Of a stretch of 64,000 nucleotides of DNA, positions 9,316-17,506 are shown in pieces; position 1 is the first letter of the stretch, and each line of letters opens with the position of its first letter. The DNA comes from Candidatus Moraniibacteriota bacterium. Its GTDB lineage: Bacteria; Patescibacteriota; Minisyncoccia; Moranbacterales; DUUL01. The notes beneath the pieces are model-generated. The model had not been told where the DNA came from. It was given only the letters and a program-made list of their open reading frames with translations, and searched no databases. Location: contig JBFHFF010000001.1 of NCBI GenBank assembly GCA_041583775.1, positions 94,676 to 158,675 on the forward strand, written 5' to 3'. Both the position numbers and the translations under genes were made by a program.

Positions 9316-12300
9316 TTATTTTTTATCAAATTTTTCAATATATTCATTAAATTCACTTAATTCTTTAAGTAACTTCTTGTTTATAGTTTTACCCCCCTTG
9401 ATGTACGCAATAATTCTCTCACTAACGCTACAATCTTCCATACCTGGAATATTTTCGGTCTCCTTTCGAATTTCATTAGCAAGTAACATCGCTCTTGAAT
9501 GATCCAAATAAAATAATTTTTCTTCTACACTATCTGCCTTAAGTATCTCATTGTCATCAACTACAACCTTGATTTGTTTCGCAAAATCGCTCCACTTTTT
9601 GTCTTTAAAGGTGGTTGTGATTTCCTCTTCTGAAACTTTCATTAAACTTTCATCAATATCATCCCCTAATTGCTCAGGTACTTGAGGATTTGTTTTTTCA
9701 ACTTCAGACTCCACTCCAACTTCACCTAAACTCTCTCTATTGGTTTCAGCCGCCTTCTTTGGCTTTTCACCAACTTCCTCTTCTGGCTTTTCAGATTTAT
9801 TTTCTTCAGGAACTTCTTTTATTTTCGCTTCACGATGAACATTATCTCCACCTACTTCTTCTTTCTTGCTAACTGGAGCGCCTTCTTCAATAAATCTCTC
9901 ATCGTCTACATCAAAATTCACTGTGGGAGTTTTCTCTTTTGGCCAATGATCCATTCTTGCTTCAATCTTCCCATTCTCACCAATTGGTGCCAGTCTATCA
10001 ATTCCTTCTTCTTTTGCGATTACCCCTCCTTCTAGCGAATCACTGTTTTCTTGAAGAAATACTGGCTTTATTATCTTTGGTTTATAGTTCTCTTTTAAGG
10101 CATCTTCTAAAACAATTCTTCCCGGTTTTTTTATCGCCGTCTTATCTATTTCATCATAGACAATTCCAGCAACTCTGCCCATTCTTCCAGCCTCTCTGAC
10201 ATCAACAGTTCCTAGTACCTGCCTCACTTCTGGCGATAAACTTAAACTATTATTTTTCCAAGCAGCTACCGCCTCTGCTTCTGTTTTTGGGAAATCATCC
10301 AATTGTTTTAATGTCATCTTGCTCATCGCCCGCCAAGTAACATCTCCCTCCTTAATTTTTAATTCAACTAATCTTGAACTGAGCTCTTCCTTTGTTAAAA
10401 TTTTTGGACTGTTCTCTGCATCCGCTAGGACTTCTTTTTGATTTTCCAATTGAGAAGATTTTTGACCTTGTGATAAGCTATCGACACCCCCACCATCATC
10501 TGTCTGTTCATTTAATTTATTTCCGAAAAATTTCTCATGCTCTATTTGTGCACCAGGCAATGAATCAGTCTCTGTTTTTGCCCTAAGAATATATTCTCTT
10601 CCCCCAGCCTTTATGCGCTTAATCCAAAGACCTTCCGTTTCTTTAGAACTTCCTCCATGTTCTTCAATGAATTTATTATGAGCTTCTTCGCTATATTTTA
10701 ATTTAAATTCCTTATACGCATCAGTTTTCTTTAATCCCCCAGCCTCAAACTGTTCATCAATTTGTTCTAAACTAGCTTCTTTAAAATATTCATCTCTGTC
10801 ATTTCTGACATGCTCAATCCAAGCATTATTTGCTTCAATTTTAGTTCCATCATATCCTTCAACAAATTTGATATGAGCAGCCGCACTGTGCTCTGCTTGA
10901 AATTTCTTAAAAGCCTCAGTATCTTCAAATCCTGCCGTTTCAATTTTATTGTTCGTTTCTACAAATCGATTCTCCGGAGCTCTTTCTTTTGAATTATTTC
11001 CTTCTGGATATGAACCTCCACTCTTTGCATTAATAATCTGGGAATCACTCGATTCATTTACATCAAATGAACCAAATTCAGAAATTTTATTTTTTGCATC
11101 TATTACTCGATTTTCCCAAAAATTTTCTAATATTTCGTCATCTGCTCCGTTATGATCTTCGATAAATTTTGCATGCGCCTCTGGGCCAAATTTCCGTTCA
11201 AATTCCTCCAAAACCGGCTCTTTTACTCCACTTAATCTTAGTTTATTTATTGCATCCTCAAAAGATTCATTTTTAATATTAGCTAGACTTTCAATAGCAT
11301 CAGGTCTTTCTGTTGATGACTCAGGACTCGACACACTTGCTGCCTCAGCAACATTTCTTGTAGTTGTTGTATGATTCCCTGAATCGTTAGGAATTTCAGA
11401 AGTAAAATTGGGAATATCTGACCAATCCAAAAAAGCTCTGGCCCCACCCCCTACAACAAGCCCCGTAATTCCTGCCGCTGCCATAGCCTTAAGATTGTCA
11501 TTTCTCTCTATGTTCATTTTCTTTTGCACCATCGAAACCATATCAAGTTGACCACCCTTACTAAAATAATTGTCTATTGTTTTTTTCTCAATTTTAACCT
11601 TCCTTTCATCTCTTGTTGATTCAGTTCTATTTTTAACATCCCTAAAGGCTGCCGCACCAAGAGCTCCTCCAGGTAAACTTCTAACCACCTTCATTCCCAT
11701 TCTCGAAACTCCAACTCCTAATGCAGTACTAATTGCCCCACCTGCAACAAATGAACCAACTGTACCAACTACACCAGCCAATAATGTTCCATAAACGAGC
11801 TTCTCTTTTCTAGACAACTTTTTATATCCAGCCGATAAATTCTCAATAATACCCTTTTCACGCTCATTTAAAATCTCTTTCCTTGCATTATTTATCTCTA
11901 ACATTTTATTGATAAGGTCTTGCATTGGACTTATTTTCTCGACCATTTTCTCTCCTGAATCAGTTACAACCTCTGAATCAACAACTTTCTCCATAAATAT
12001 ATATTTTCTCATTAATTCATTTTTATCCTCACTATTCACCATTCCATGATCCAGGGCAATTTTTCTACTCTCAACTCTTGTTTGGATAAAATCGCTATGT
12101 GCTTGCTTAAAAGCACTCTCTGTCTCTTTTATTCTTTTCTTTGCTTCATACAATTCTTTCATCGCTTCAGCATCATTTCCAAGAAAAATTTTCATCCTCG
12201 CAAGACTTCTTTCAACAATCCCCAATCTATTTCCCTTTTTTTCATAATCTATTTGTGCGTTCTTCCAGTCTCGAAATGCCTCATTCATTTTCAAGTGTTT

Positions 12301-14343
12301 TTCTTTTTCGATATGATTTTCGTCTTTCTCTCCCACTTCAATTCCTGGTTCAGTCTCTATTTCATCTTCTGGTTTGTCTTTTGAAGTTTCTGTCTGTTCA
12401 GCATCCTTGACAATTTTCTCAAAATTTATTGATTCATTTAAGGTACCCGTTTCTTCTCCACGCCTTTCAAGTTCTTCTTTGTATTTTTTTATACTAACTT
12501 CAACTTCTTGAAACTGATTTTTTTTCTCTTTATTAGTTTTATTACTATCTAATAATAAATTGTTCCTGATTTCATTCAACTGCAAGAGTTCCTCCTGCAA
12601 AACAGAAGTTTCAACTTCTTCAAGATTTTCCTCAGATTTATTATTTTTTACCTCCTCTGTGTTCTCTTCTTGCTTGTATTTTTCTTCTTGACCACCCATA
12701 TTCTCCTCATCTTTTCTCCCAAAATCGTCTGTTCTGTCCATCCATTCTTGAAAATGAGTTCCTTGCTTCTTCAGTCTTTTTCCTCTTTCCTGATTATCAA
12801 TTATTTTTTCACCTTCTGTTTTATCCATCCATTCCCGAAAGTGAGTTCCTTGGGCCCTCAATGCCTTCTCCGTTGTTGTTTCTCCTGGACCTTCTTTTAT
12901 TTTCACCTCTTTTTTTAATTCGTTTTTTATCTCCGAACCTATAGCTGACTCTGTGCTAGGAGCTTCCTCGTTTATTCCCAATTTTTCCTTTGGCCAGTTA
13001 TTTTGAACTTTTTTTTCATTTCCAGAATCAAAAACTCCATCAACATTCGACTCTTTTCGATAACCTCCATTTAAAATCATCTGTCTCAATTCTTTAACTG
13101 AAACATACCTACCCTCTTTTTCTCCGGCAATTAAAATTCTAGCTTGATGTTGTTTACTTTGTTGTGAAAATTTATCTTTTTCAATTACAAAAGGCTTCAA
13201 TCCTCCCTGATTGCTTTTAAAAACAAATTCCTTACTTTTTCCAAACTCAGCAACAAAATCTTCTGCCCTCATTCCACCAGCTTCAACTTCGGGAATGACT
13301 TCTATTTCTGGATATTCTTCATTAATTAACTCTTCTAATTTATCTGGAGACATAATTTTTTCCCCACCAATATCCGTCCCTTCAACTTGAATTTCCCATC
13401 TATTCTGAGCTTTCTCATATAGATACTTCGTAATTTTAAGTTTTTTTATCCCATCCTTGCTTTTATGAACAGACCCAACCACACCAAAAATATTCATCAT
13501 ATCCTTAAGACTCAAAACCTCTCCGTTCTTTTTTTCTAGTGCACTTACCTCCATTGAGTCAATTTCTTTAAAAGATAATTCTTCTTTACTACCATCACCA
13601 CTACCTTCTTCCACTCTCTTAAAGTTCTTAAACAACTCTAAAAATTCTTTACCGTCCATTATTTCGTCATCAGAACCACTCTTCCAATCAGCGTCTAAAT
13701 TGATTACATTTACACCCTCCTCAACCATTGTTCCAGAGGGCAAAAAAGCAATATGAACTCTACCATTTTCATAACTAACAATTTTCATATGCTTCTTACC
13801 ATCCTCGCTAACATAAATCTCATTAGGATCTATTTTATGTAACTGAAAAAAATCCTCTCCAAAATTCTCTTCTTGGATTTCTACTTTTTTATTTTCAATA
13901 CCTTTCTTGTTATCTTTTTTTTGAACTTCAACCTTTTCTGTCTCCAACTCAACCTCTTCAATCTTTTTAATAAAACTTTCATCAACTAGACCCTCTACCT
14001 CACCCTTAACAATTCTCTCCAAACTAGAAAGTCTTTTACTTCTCAAAAATTCACAAATAACCGCATCTGTAGCTTGGGCATTTTCCAAATTCAAATCACC
14101 CGCCATTGCAGTTTCTTTTAACTTGGCAGCAAGCTCTGCAAGATCAATAATTAATTTTCCCTGAAGCTCCTTTCTTTCACCTGGAGAATGCTTCATCAGA
14201 TAATCGTTGATAACATCCTTAGAAAACTTCCTCTCAAGTACAGACACAACGCCATTTTTAATCTCCTTTCTTTGTTCTGTTTGCTCAAAATTTTCTACCT
14301 GCGAAGAACTTTCTCTTGATTCTTCTGTTGTTGTTTCTGACAT
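9316..14343 (-). CDS. Giant (1675 aa) charged protein with central glycine-rich TM segments and internal sequence repeats; unknown function
   Basis: Single uninterrupted ORF with no signal peptide. Central hydrophobic Gly-rich segments (LVYGTLLAGVVGTVGSFVAGGAISTALGVGV; AMAAAGITGLVVGGGARAF). Three repeats of the xFxxKxxxEAHxKFIE[DE]HxG motif and a duplicated GTHF[RQ]EWMD[KR]T unit. Confidence 0.7.
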   Translation of the reverse strand: MSETTTEESRESSSQVENFEQTEQRKEIKNGVVSVLERKFSKDVINDYLMKHSPGERKELQGKLIIDLAELAAKLKETAMAGDLNLENAQATDAVICEFLRSKRLSSLERIVKGEVEGLVDESFIKKIEEVELETEKVEVQKKDNKKGIENKKVEIQEENFGEDFFQLHKIDPNEIYVSEDGKKHMKIVSYENGRVHIAFLPSGTMVEEGVNVINLDADWKSGSDDEIMDGKEFLELFKNFKRVEEGSGDGSKEELSFKEIDSMEVSALEKKNGEVLSLKDMMNIFGVVGSVHKSKDGIKKLKITKYLYEKAQNRWEIQVEGTDIGGEKIMSPDKLEELINEEYPEIEVIPEVEAGGMRAEDFVAEFGKSKEFVFKSNQGGLKPFVIEKDKFSQQSKQHQARILIAGEKEGRYVSVKELRQMILNGGYRKESNVDGVFDSGNEKKVQNNWPKEKLGINEEAPSTESAIGSEIKNELKKEVKIKEGPGETTTEKALRAQGTHFREWMDKTEGEKIIDNQERGKRLKKQGTHFQEWMDRTDDFGRKDEENMGGQEEKYKQEENTEEVKNNKSEENLEEVETSVLQEELLQLNEIRNNLLLDSNKTNKEKKNQFQEVEVSIKKYKEELERRGEETGTLNESINFEKIVKDAEQTETSKDKPEDEIETEPGIEVGEKDENHIEKEKHLKMNEAFRDWKNAQIDYEKKGNRLGIVERSLARMKIFLGNDAEAMKELYEAKKRIKETESAFKQAHSDFIQTRVESRKIALDHGMVNSEDKNELMRKYIFMEKVVDSEVVTDSGEKMVEKISPMQDLINKMLEINNARKEILNEREKGIIENLSAGYKKLSRKEKLVYGTLLAGVVGTVGSFVAGGAISTALGVGVSRMGMKVVRSLPGGALGAAAFRDVKNRTESTRDERKVKIEKKTIDNYFSKGGQLDMVSMVQKKMNIERNDNLKAMAAAGITGLVVGGGARAFLDWSDIPNFTSEIPNDSGNHTTTTRNVAEAASVSSPESSTERPDAIESLANIKNESFEDAINKLRLSGVKEPVLEEFERKFGPEAHAKFIEDHNGADDEILENFWENRVIDAKNKISEFGSFDVNESSDSQIINAKSGGSYPEGNNSKERAPENRFVETNNKIETAGFEDTEAFKKFQAEHSAAAHIKFVEGYDGTKIEANNAWIEHVRNDRDEYFKEASLEQIDEQFEAGGLKKTDAYKEFKLKYSEEAHNKFIEEHGGSSKETEGLWIKRIKAGGREYILRAKTETDSLPGAQIEHEKFFGNKLNEQTDDGGGVDSLSQGQKSSQLENQKEVLADAENSPKILTKEELSSRLVELKIKEGDVTWRAMSKMTLKQLDDFPKTEAEAVAAWKNNSLSLSPEVRQVLGTVDVREAGRMGRVAGIVYDEIDKTAIKKPGRIVLEDALKENYKPKIIKPVFLQENSDSLEGGVIAKEEGIDRLAPIGENGKIEARMDHWPKEKTPTVNFDVDDERFIEEGAPVSKKEEVGGDNVHREAKIKEVPEENKSEKPEEEVGEKPKKAAETNRESLGEVGVESEVEKTNPQVPEQLGDDIDESLMKVSEEEITTTFKDKKWSDFAKQIKVVVDDNEILKADSVEEKLFYLDHSRAMLLANEIRKETENIPGMEDCSVSERIIAYIKGGKTINKKLLKELSEFNEYIEKFDKK

Positions 14344-14539
14344 AGATTTTTATAATAATCTTCAAGCAGCTTATTTTATGCTTTTTGTTTTTATTGATAC
14401 AAATTCAAATAAACAGTTTTGGTTTTAGATTCCAAACACTGAAATTATTATTAGTTTATTTAATGATATTATACCATACATTGTTTACAATACCAATCAA
14501 AACAAATATAATAAATAAAACTAACAACAAAAACGAAAA

Positions 14540-16189
14540 GTGAAAGAAAAAAGAAGAAAAAAATACACAGTAAACAACCTTACACCGACAATAAAAGTTT
14601 TTTTACTAAACAACAAAAGAGCTTTTTTCTCTATCTTTTTTTTGTTCATTTTAATACTGTCGCTTGCACTAAGAATATATCATCTGGACAAAGCACCTAC
14701 TGGAGTTTCCGAGAAAGAAGCAGACTTTGGTTTGCTTGCACTAAATTTAGAAAATGCTGGAATTATAAACTCCTTAGTCGAAAAAGATAGTGGCGTTTTC
14801 ACACTTTTACTTTTTCTTGGTTTTAAGGTTTTTGGAATCAATTTTTTCGGCTTAAGAATTGTGAGTGCTCTAATTGGCATATTAACAATTCTCGGCTTCT
14901 TCCTTCTTCTTGGGAAATTAAAATTTCCCCGCTCTCTGTCTTTACTGGGAACATTTCTCATATCATGCTCTTTTTGGCACATAAACCTTTCTCGCTTAGC
15001 CCTACCTGAAATCCTCATTCCTTTTTCCACTATTTGGTTTTCATTTTTTTTATTTTGCGGATTTTTTTCAAAAAAATATAAGTACTTCATCTTATCTGGA
15101 GCATTTTTTACATTGGGAGTTCTAGTTTACCCGCTAATGCTATTTTTAATTTTTATCCCGATCTTCTTTTTCTCTTTTTTTATTTTTCTAGACAAAAAAC
15201 TTTTATTAAGTTTACGACCTCAATTATTTCTTTTTATATTTTCAATATTATTTTTTTCGATTCCTTTATTTTTTCAAATCCAAAATAATCCTGGATTTTT
15301 TCGAAACAACTTCATTCAATTCGCAGACCCTTATGAATCAAGCACTTCCATCATAAAAAGCACCTTAGCATATCTGGGTTCTTTTTTTTACATAAACAAC
15401 ACCCTCCAACTCCAGAATAAGGATTTTTTACCAGCCTTTCCACTTGCATGGTTAATTCTATTTATTTTTGGTTTCTTTTTGTCAGCAAAAAATATTACCC
15501 TGACAATCTTAGGCTCGTTAAAAAATAAAAGTATCCCAAAAAATATTCATGCATCTATTCTTGCTCAATCCATCTTCTTTGTGGCAATTTTAACTGGTTT
15601 ATTAAATTCAAAACAAAGTCTCAGCTCTGAGCATTTCTCTTTAATAATGCCAGCAATTTTTATCTTCTGTATAATCCCACTTGAATACCTCTTGGAAGTA
15701 TATCAAAAACTAAGACTATCTATTAGAATTTCACTAAAAAAATGGCGTTGGAATGTTATGCAAATCTCAATGTTAATCTTATTACTAGCAATCATCCTGA
15801 CTGGTTTTTCACAGACATATTTATATTTTGGAATCTTCCAAAAAGAATTAAATGCGAGACACTTATTACAAAAAAAGGATACTGACTTTGGAAAAATAAT
15901 CAAAAGCATTAACAGGGAAAAAAACAACTTTATTATATTTTCCGGAGATATTGCTTCTACGGAAAATTTAAAAACTATCGAATTTTCTGGCTTTCCTGAA
16001 ATTGAAAACTATACTTTCGTTCACTCTCAAGAAGATTTCCCACAAATTAATTGTGAAGATTCCCTGGTGGTTTTTTATGACTCAAATGAGTTGCTACGAA
16101 AACAATTTCAAAAACAATGCCCTTTAAATAATTCTCAAAAACAATTTTATTCTAATGGCAAACAAACTTTTTGGACTATGAAGGAATAA
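14540..16189 (+). CDS. GT-C fold glycosyltransferase, ArnT/PMT-like (polytopic membrane protein)
   Basis: At least 10 TM segments. N-terminal RIYHLDKAP...EKEADFG loosely matches the first-loop DE motif of the GT39/GT83 family. The start appears to be GTG. Confidence 0.45.
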   Translation: MKEKRRKKYTVNNLTPTIKVFLLNNKRAFFSIFFLFILILSLALRIYHLDKAPTGVSEKEADFGLLALNLENAGIINSLVEKDSGVFTLLLFLGFKVFGINFFGLRIVSALIGILTILGFFLLLGKLKFPRSLSLLGTFLISCSFWHINLSRLALPEILIPFSTIWFSFFLFCGFFSKKYKYFILSGAFFTLGVLVYPLMLFLIFIPIFFFSFFIFLDKKLLLSLRPQLFLFIFSILFFSIPLFFQIQNNPGFFRNNFIQFADPYESSTSIIKSTLAYLGSFFYINNTLQLQNKDFLPAFPLAWLILFIFGFFLSAKNITLTILGSLKNKSIPKNIHASILAQSIFFVAILTGLLNSKQSLSSEHFSLIMPAIFIFCIIPLEYLLEVYQKLRLSIRISLKKWRWNVMQISMLILLLAIILTGFSQTYLYFGIFQKELNARHLLQKKDTDFGKIIKSINREKNNFIIFSGDIASTENLKTIEFSGFPEIENYTFVHSQEDFPQINCEDSLVVFYDSNELLRKQFQKQCPLNNSQKQFYSNGKQTFWTMKE

Positions 16190-16238
16190 TACTTTATAAT
16201 AATAAACAATAATTAAACAAATTTAACTTTTCATAAAA

Positions 16239-16640
16239 ATGACAACAATAGACCCTACACAATTTAAAATTTGTATCGTTGAAGATGAGGAAAGTATCAG
16301 AGAATTATATCGCGCAAAATTAGAAGGGGAACATTATCAGGTTTTTACAGCTAAAGATGGTTTGGAGGGGCTGAAGTTATTAAAGGAAAATCCACCTAAC
16401 ATTGCCTTAGTGGACTTAATGATGCCGAATATGACTGGCTATGAGTTGATGGAAAAAATGAAGAATGATCCTGATTTAAAAAACATTCCCATTATTATTC
16501 TCACAAACTTTGACGACACTGAATCCATAAATAAAACAAGCCATTTTAATGCTGACTTTTATTTAGTAAAAGCTCAATACTCTCCATCTGATGTAGCACA
16601 TATCATAAAAGAAGTTCTTGAAGCTCATCATGAATTTTAG
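16239..16640 (+). CDS. Single-domain response regulator (CheY-like receiver)
   Basis: ICIVEDEE acidic pocket, phospho-acceptor Asp in ALVDLMMP, conserved T (IIILTN) and K region. There is no output domain and no histidine kinase in the window. Confidence 0.85.
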   Translation: MTTIDPTQFKICIVEDEESIRELYRAKLEGEHYQVFTAKDGLEGLKLLKENPPNIALVDLMMPNMTGYELMEKMKNDPDLKNIPIIILTNFDDTESINKTSHFNADFYLVKAQYSPSDVAHIIKEVLEAHHEF

Positions 16641-16700
16641 TTACAGCGACTTGCCAAATTAAATAGAGATTTATTTTTTATTATTTCCAAAACAAAAAAA

Positions 16701-16727
16701 CACTACCATTAACTGGTAGTGTTTTTG
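16701..16727 (+). terminator. Intrinsic terminator after the response-regulator gene
   Basis: The 8-bp stem cactacca/tggtagtg is followed by TTTTTG. Confidence 0.6.
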
Positions 16728-17198
16728 AATCTAATGTGAAAACACCCTTATCACATCAAGTTCAACTATTCTGTTTTTCTATTTTGTTGAAAAATAAGAA
16801 AATCTTATAATCAATCTCCTGACTAAATTTTAATTTAGAATTACAGTCAAGGTATCCCGCCTTTAGACCGTTTTAGAGACTCATTTTTCAATCTTCGTTT
16901 TTTCAAACTCTAATCCGCCTTATAATTTCAGGGAAACTATAATTAGAATTTTTAAAATGCACACATCGCACTAAAATTTCTTTAATGCAACCCAAAACAA
17001 ATAGTTTATTTCATTGTAGCATAAAAAAATAAAATCGCAAAAAAAATTGACTCCTTAAAATTTAATTGTTATTATTGAAATGTAATTTATTTTAAATTAA
17101 AATGAAAATTATTTTTGAAAATAACAACAATTCAAACAATAATCAAAACCGCAAAAGACGGCTGTCATTTTAACTTAAAAAAGATTAAATAAATGCAG

Positions 17199-17226
17199 AC
17201 CGTCGATTGCGACGGTTTTTTTGTTT
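17199..17226 (+). terminator. Intrinsic terminator or attenuator hairpin immediately upstream of the zinc-ribbon ORF
   Basis: The 7-bp stem accgtcg/cgacggt with loop attg is followed by TTTTTTGTTT. It ends 10 nt before the SD AGGAGGG of the ORF starting at 17247. An upstream GACGG at 17157-17161 could pair with the left arm as an anti-terminator. Confidence 0.45.
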
Positions 17227-17246
17227 CAAAAAACCAGGAGGGTACC

Positions 17247-17423
17247 ATGACAAATTTAAATTCATCTCCAAGCAAAACAGTTCCTTTCAAAGAGACAAAA
17301 AAATGCTTATGTCAAAATTGTCAAAATGAGAAATTCGGAATCAAATTTCAAGAGACAATAGACGGGGCGATAATCTGCGAAGTATGTGGCAGAAAACTTG
17401 ATATTTCAAGTTACAGTAATTAA
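17247..17423 (+). CDS. Small zinc-ribbon protein (58 aa, CxCxxC...CxxC)
   Basis: SD AGGAGGG lies 5 nt upstream of ATG 17247. Cys pattern CLCQNC...CEVCG. The tracked ORF start at 17193 lies inside the upstream hairpin, so I prefer 17247. Terminator hairpin follows at 17446-17483. Confidence 0.45.
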   Translation: MTNLNSSPSKTVPFKETKKCLCQNCQNEKFGIKFQETIDGAIICEVCGRKLDISSYSN

Positions 17424-17445
17424 CAAATGCCAATAAAATTTTCAA

Positions 17446-17483
17446 GTGGGGGGATGATAAGATTATCTCCCCACCTTTTTATT
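17446..17483 (+). terminator. Intrinsic terminator after the zinc-ribbon ORF
   Basis: GC-rich stem of about 9-10 bp, gtggggggat/atctccccac, with one wobble. Followed by CTTTTTATTT. Confidence 0.55.
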
Positions 17484-17506
17484 TATCATTGCACTCAAAC
17501 ACCAAT

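Noticed and set aside
17193-17246. Tracked ORF start (MQTVDCDGFFVSKNQEGT) for the zinc-ribbon protein
   Set aside because: These codons lie inside a perfect GC hairpin plus T-run, and the SD AGGAGGG precedes the downstream ATG at 17247. The longer ORF is most likely an artefact of longest-ORF calling.
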